Assembly (NCBI RefSeq): GCF_006345805.1 | Contig: NW_021833024.1 | Location: 1 to 64,000 of the forward strand | Source of the DNA: Octopus sinensis | Lineage: Eukaryota | DNA: 64,000 nt | Direction: 5' to 3' | Shown: one piece after another, positions 62,110 to 64,000 of the stretch | Layout of the letters: every line of letters starts with the position of its first letter | Position numbering within the stretch: position 1 is the stretch's first letter | Program-made: the position numbers and the translations under genes | The notes under the pieces: model-generated | What the model was told of the DNA's origin: nothing | The model's database searches: none | The model's input: only the letters and a program-made list of their open reading frames with translations

Positions 62110-63330
62110 AAAAATATTGAATTGCTAAATCACGGGTCGGCAGAATTTCCGACTTCACGGGTCGGATTATAAAAAATTATTATAATCGGATAATTTTTTA
62201 CTTATTTAAGGCTAATATTAATTAATTGAATAAAACTTTATTTAACCAAACAACGAGTAAATTTCATTTTAATTGAATTTGCTGTTTAATTTTTCATATA
62301 CTGTCGTTTATTGTTCGAGAATTCATCAATATTAGGTGCATGGGTCGTTGACGCTAAAATTAAAACATTATTAAGATGATTGTCCGTAATTCTCGTTCTA
62401 TAATATGAGACAACCTGAAAAGGCACTGTTGTTTGTGCTAGCTGCTGGTCTCATAATCTTATGTGAGATTGGCGTCACAAATTCACGACCAAGTGGTTTT
62501 CATTAGGCGGTATTAATAATTGTTTATGAGATCGAAATAAAAAGAAAGGACGAAGCTGTCACTAAAGGACGGGCGAATGATTGAACAATGTAGAGTCTAT
62601 ATGTCAAGAATGATGGGAAAGTTATCTTCTGATGCATTAGCTTCCATAAAGCTACAATAAAAGAACAGTCGATTAAGGATAATAAGCACTCCGATTTTGG
62701 GGAGGACGACAGTCGGTTCTTTGTGACACAAATCAGTGTGATAGTTCATTCCTTTTAATTTTTGACATTTATTTTAAGCAAAACTTCCACGTCTGCTCTT
62801 TCTATTTCAACTATCGTTACCTCGAGGTTATGAGTGACGACAGAAACTGGATATGGTAGTTTGGGAGAGAGTCTGACTTTACTCTTTACTACGTTGACCG
62901 GAAACGGTTCTCCATATTTTAGAGTGTCCTGAAAAAGCCTGCGATCAGTTTGAACGTGCCTTATTCCCTGTGTTTAAGATGTAGTGCGACAACTATTTTA
63001 ACCTCAAAACAGAGGTTAGTTCAAGTTTTACTACTCTCAGCCAAATGTTGCGGAGTCGAGTGCATCTTCTTTGATAACTTAATTGACTACCCTGCACTGA
63101 ACTTGCATGCCTTGGCTAATAGGTGTGCAAGGGCGACGTCCTGAAAACCATTTTAATTGAGTAGTTTTTTGTGACTATTTAAAAAATGCATTCAATGCAG
63201 TTGTTTCTTGATGACCAAAACGAGTCATCACCCAAATCTGTTCTTTGACTAAAGATTCAAAAATGTGGTTTTCATTAGGCTGTTTTCATACCAAATTTCA
63301 TGTTGAAATTTAATATCTCCAGATTAAAAA
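62110..63330 (-). mobile_element. Decayed hAT (SPIN/Buster-like) 3' part; about 100 bp of it recurs at 63762-63866
   Basis: YRTRITDNHLNNVLILA dimerisation-like remnant; subterminal CACGGGTCGG x2. Confidence 0.5.
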
Positions 63331-64000
63331 ACACGCATCTCATAATTGACTGCTTGTTCCACTCTAAATGTGCTAAACGGAAATGGTCGTTCACTAAAGA
63401 ATAGGCCAGCGATTCTATATTTCCGGATCCTTGCTAAAATTTATGGCCTGCACAGATGTTCACATCCAATGAAAACAATTCACGATTCCATCTCAACGTC
63501 AGCAATTCTCAAGCCTAATTCGATCCTCAATAAACTCCCACCGAATGTTCACTCTTCAGAAATGTTTCTTGACTGTTCCGCTTAAGTAAACCTTGCTCGT
63601 TTCTGCTCTGGCCATCACCACTCACTAAACCACTATTCACACAAAATGGACATCTCCCCCTTCTGTAATATTTGCTGTGCTGATAAACACTCAACTGCTC
63701 ATCGCTGTCCTGGTCCTCTTTTAATCCGCCTAAATTTGATATTCACTCCCCGAGGTCATATAAGACAACCTGAAAAGGCACTGTTGTTTGTGCTAGCTGC
63801 AGGACTCATAAAATAACACGAAATCGGCGTAACGCAAAATCAATGCGCACTAATTCACGACCAAGTATATGTTAGCAAAACACTAACTTCGAGACTCCTA
63901 GCATTAAAACCACTGGAACACGCTCAAGAATAATTTGACAACGTATTGAATAAGACAAGGACATTAAAACCAGAAAAAGACATTAATAATAAGTAGAAGG

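Noticed and set aside
1-64000. tRNA, rRNA, snRNA or spliced-leader RNA genes
   Set aside because: None recognised by eye; a covariance-model search would be needed to exclude them

Overview
This is eukaryotic (animal) nuclear DNA, not prokaryotic. It alternates very compact host-gene islands with AT-rich tracts of nested and decayed transposons. By hand-splicing I reconstruct 14 host genes: FGFR1OP2/SIKE1-like, RPRD/CID, Kir channel, TMEM272-like, MPC2, ISCU, RagA/B, ETS factor, calpain-7, gamma-SNAP, NR5A/FTZ-F1-like receptor, MTHFD2-like, MMAB and eIF2B-alpha. There is also one unidentified gene and a kinesin-14 fragment. The genes carry about 60 spliceosomal introns, nearly all 21-28 nt (exceptions 50 and 60 nt). 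An NR5A-like receptor plus such introns suggests a highly reduced bilaterian, possibly a dicyemid mesozoan; this is inference and was not tested. The most striking signal is that 3' splice sites look chosen by distance from the donor. Closer AGs are skipped, weak AAG acceptors are used, and two introns (RagA, RPRD) keep the frame at normal size only as GT...TG. Other points: intergenic gaps of 41-153 bp in co-oriented gene trios; a nest of intron-containing Ginger-type integrase transposons associated with TAATA; a near full-length CRE retrotransposon beside a TTAGGG-containing minisatellite; an intact IR/DR Tc1; a multi-copy mosaic repeat abutting truncated host genes; and a 4.3-kb near-identical duplication. 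All gene models and family calls come from manual translation and motif recall, with no database search.
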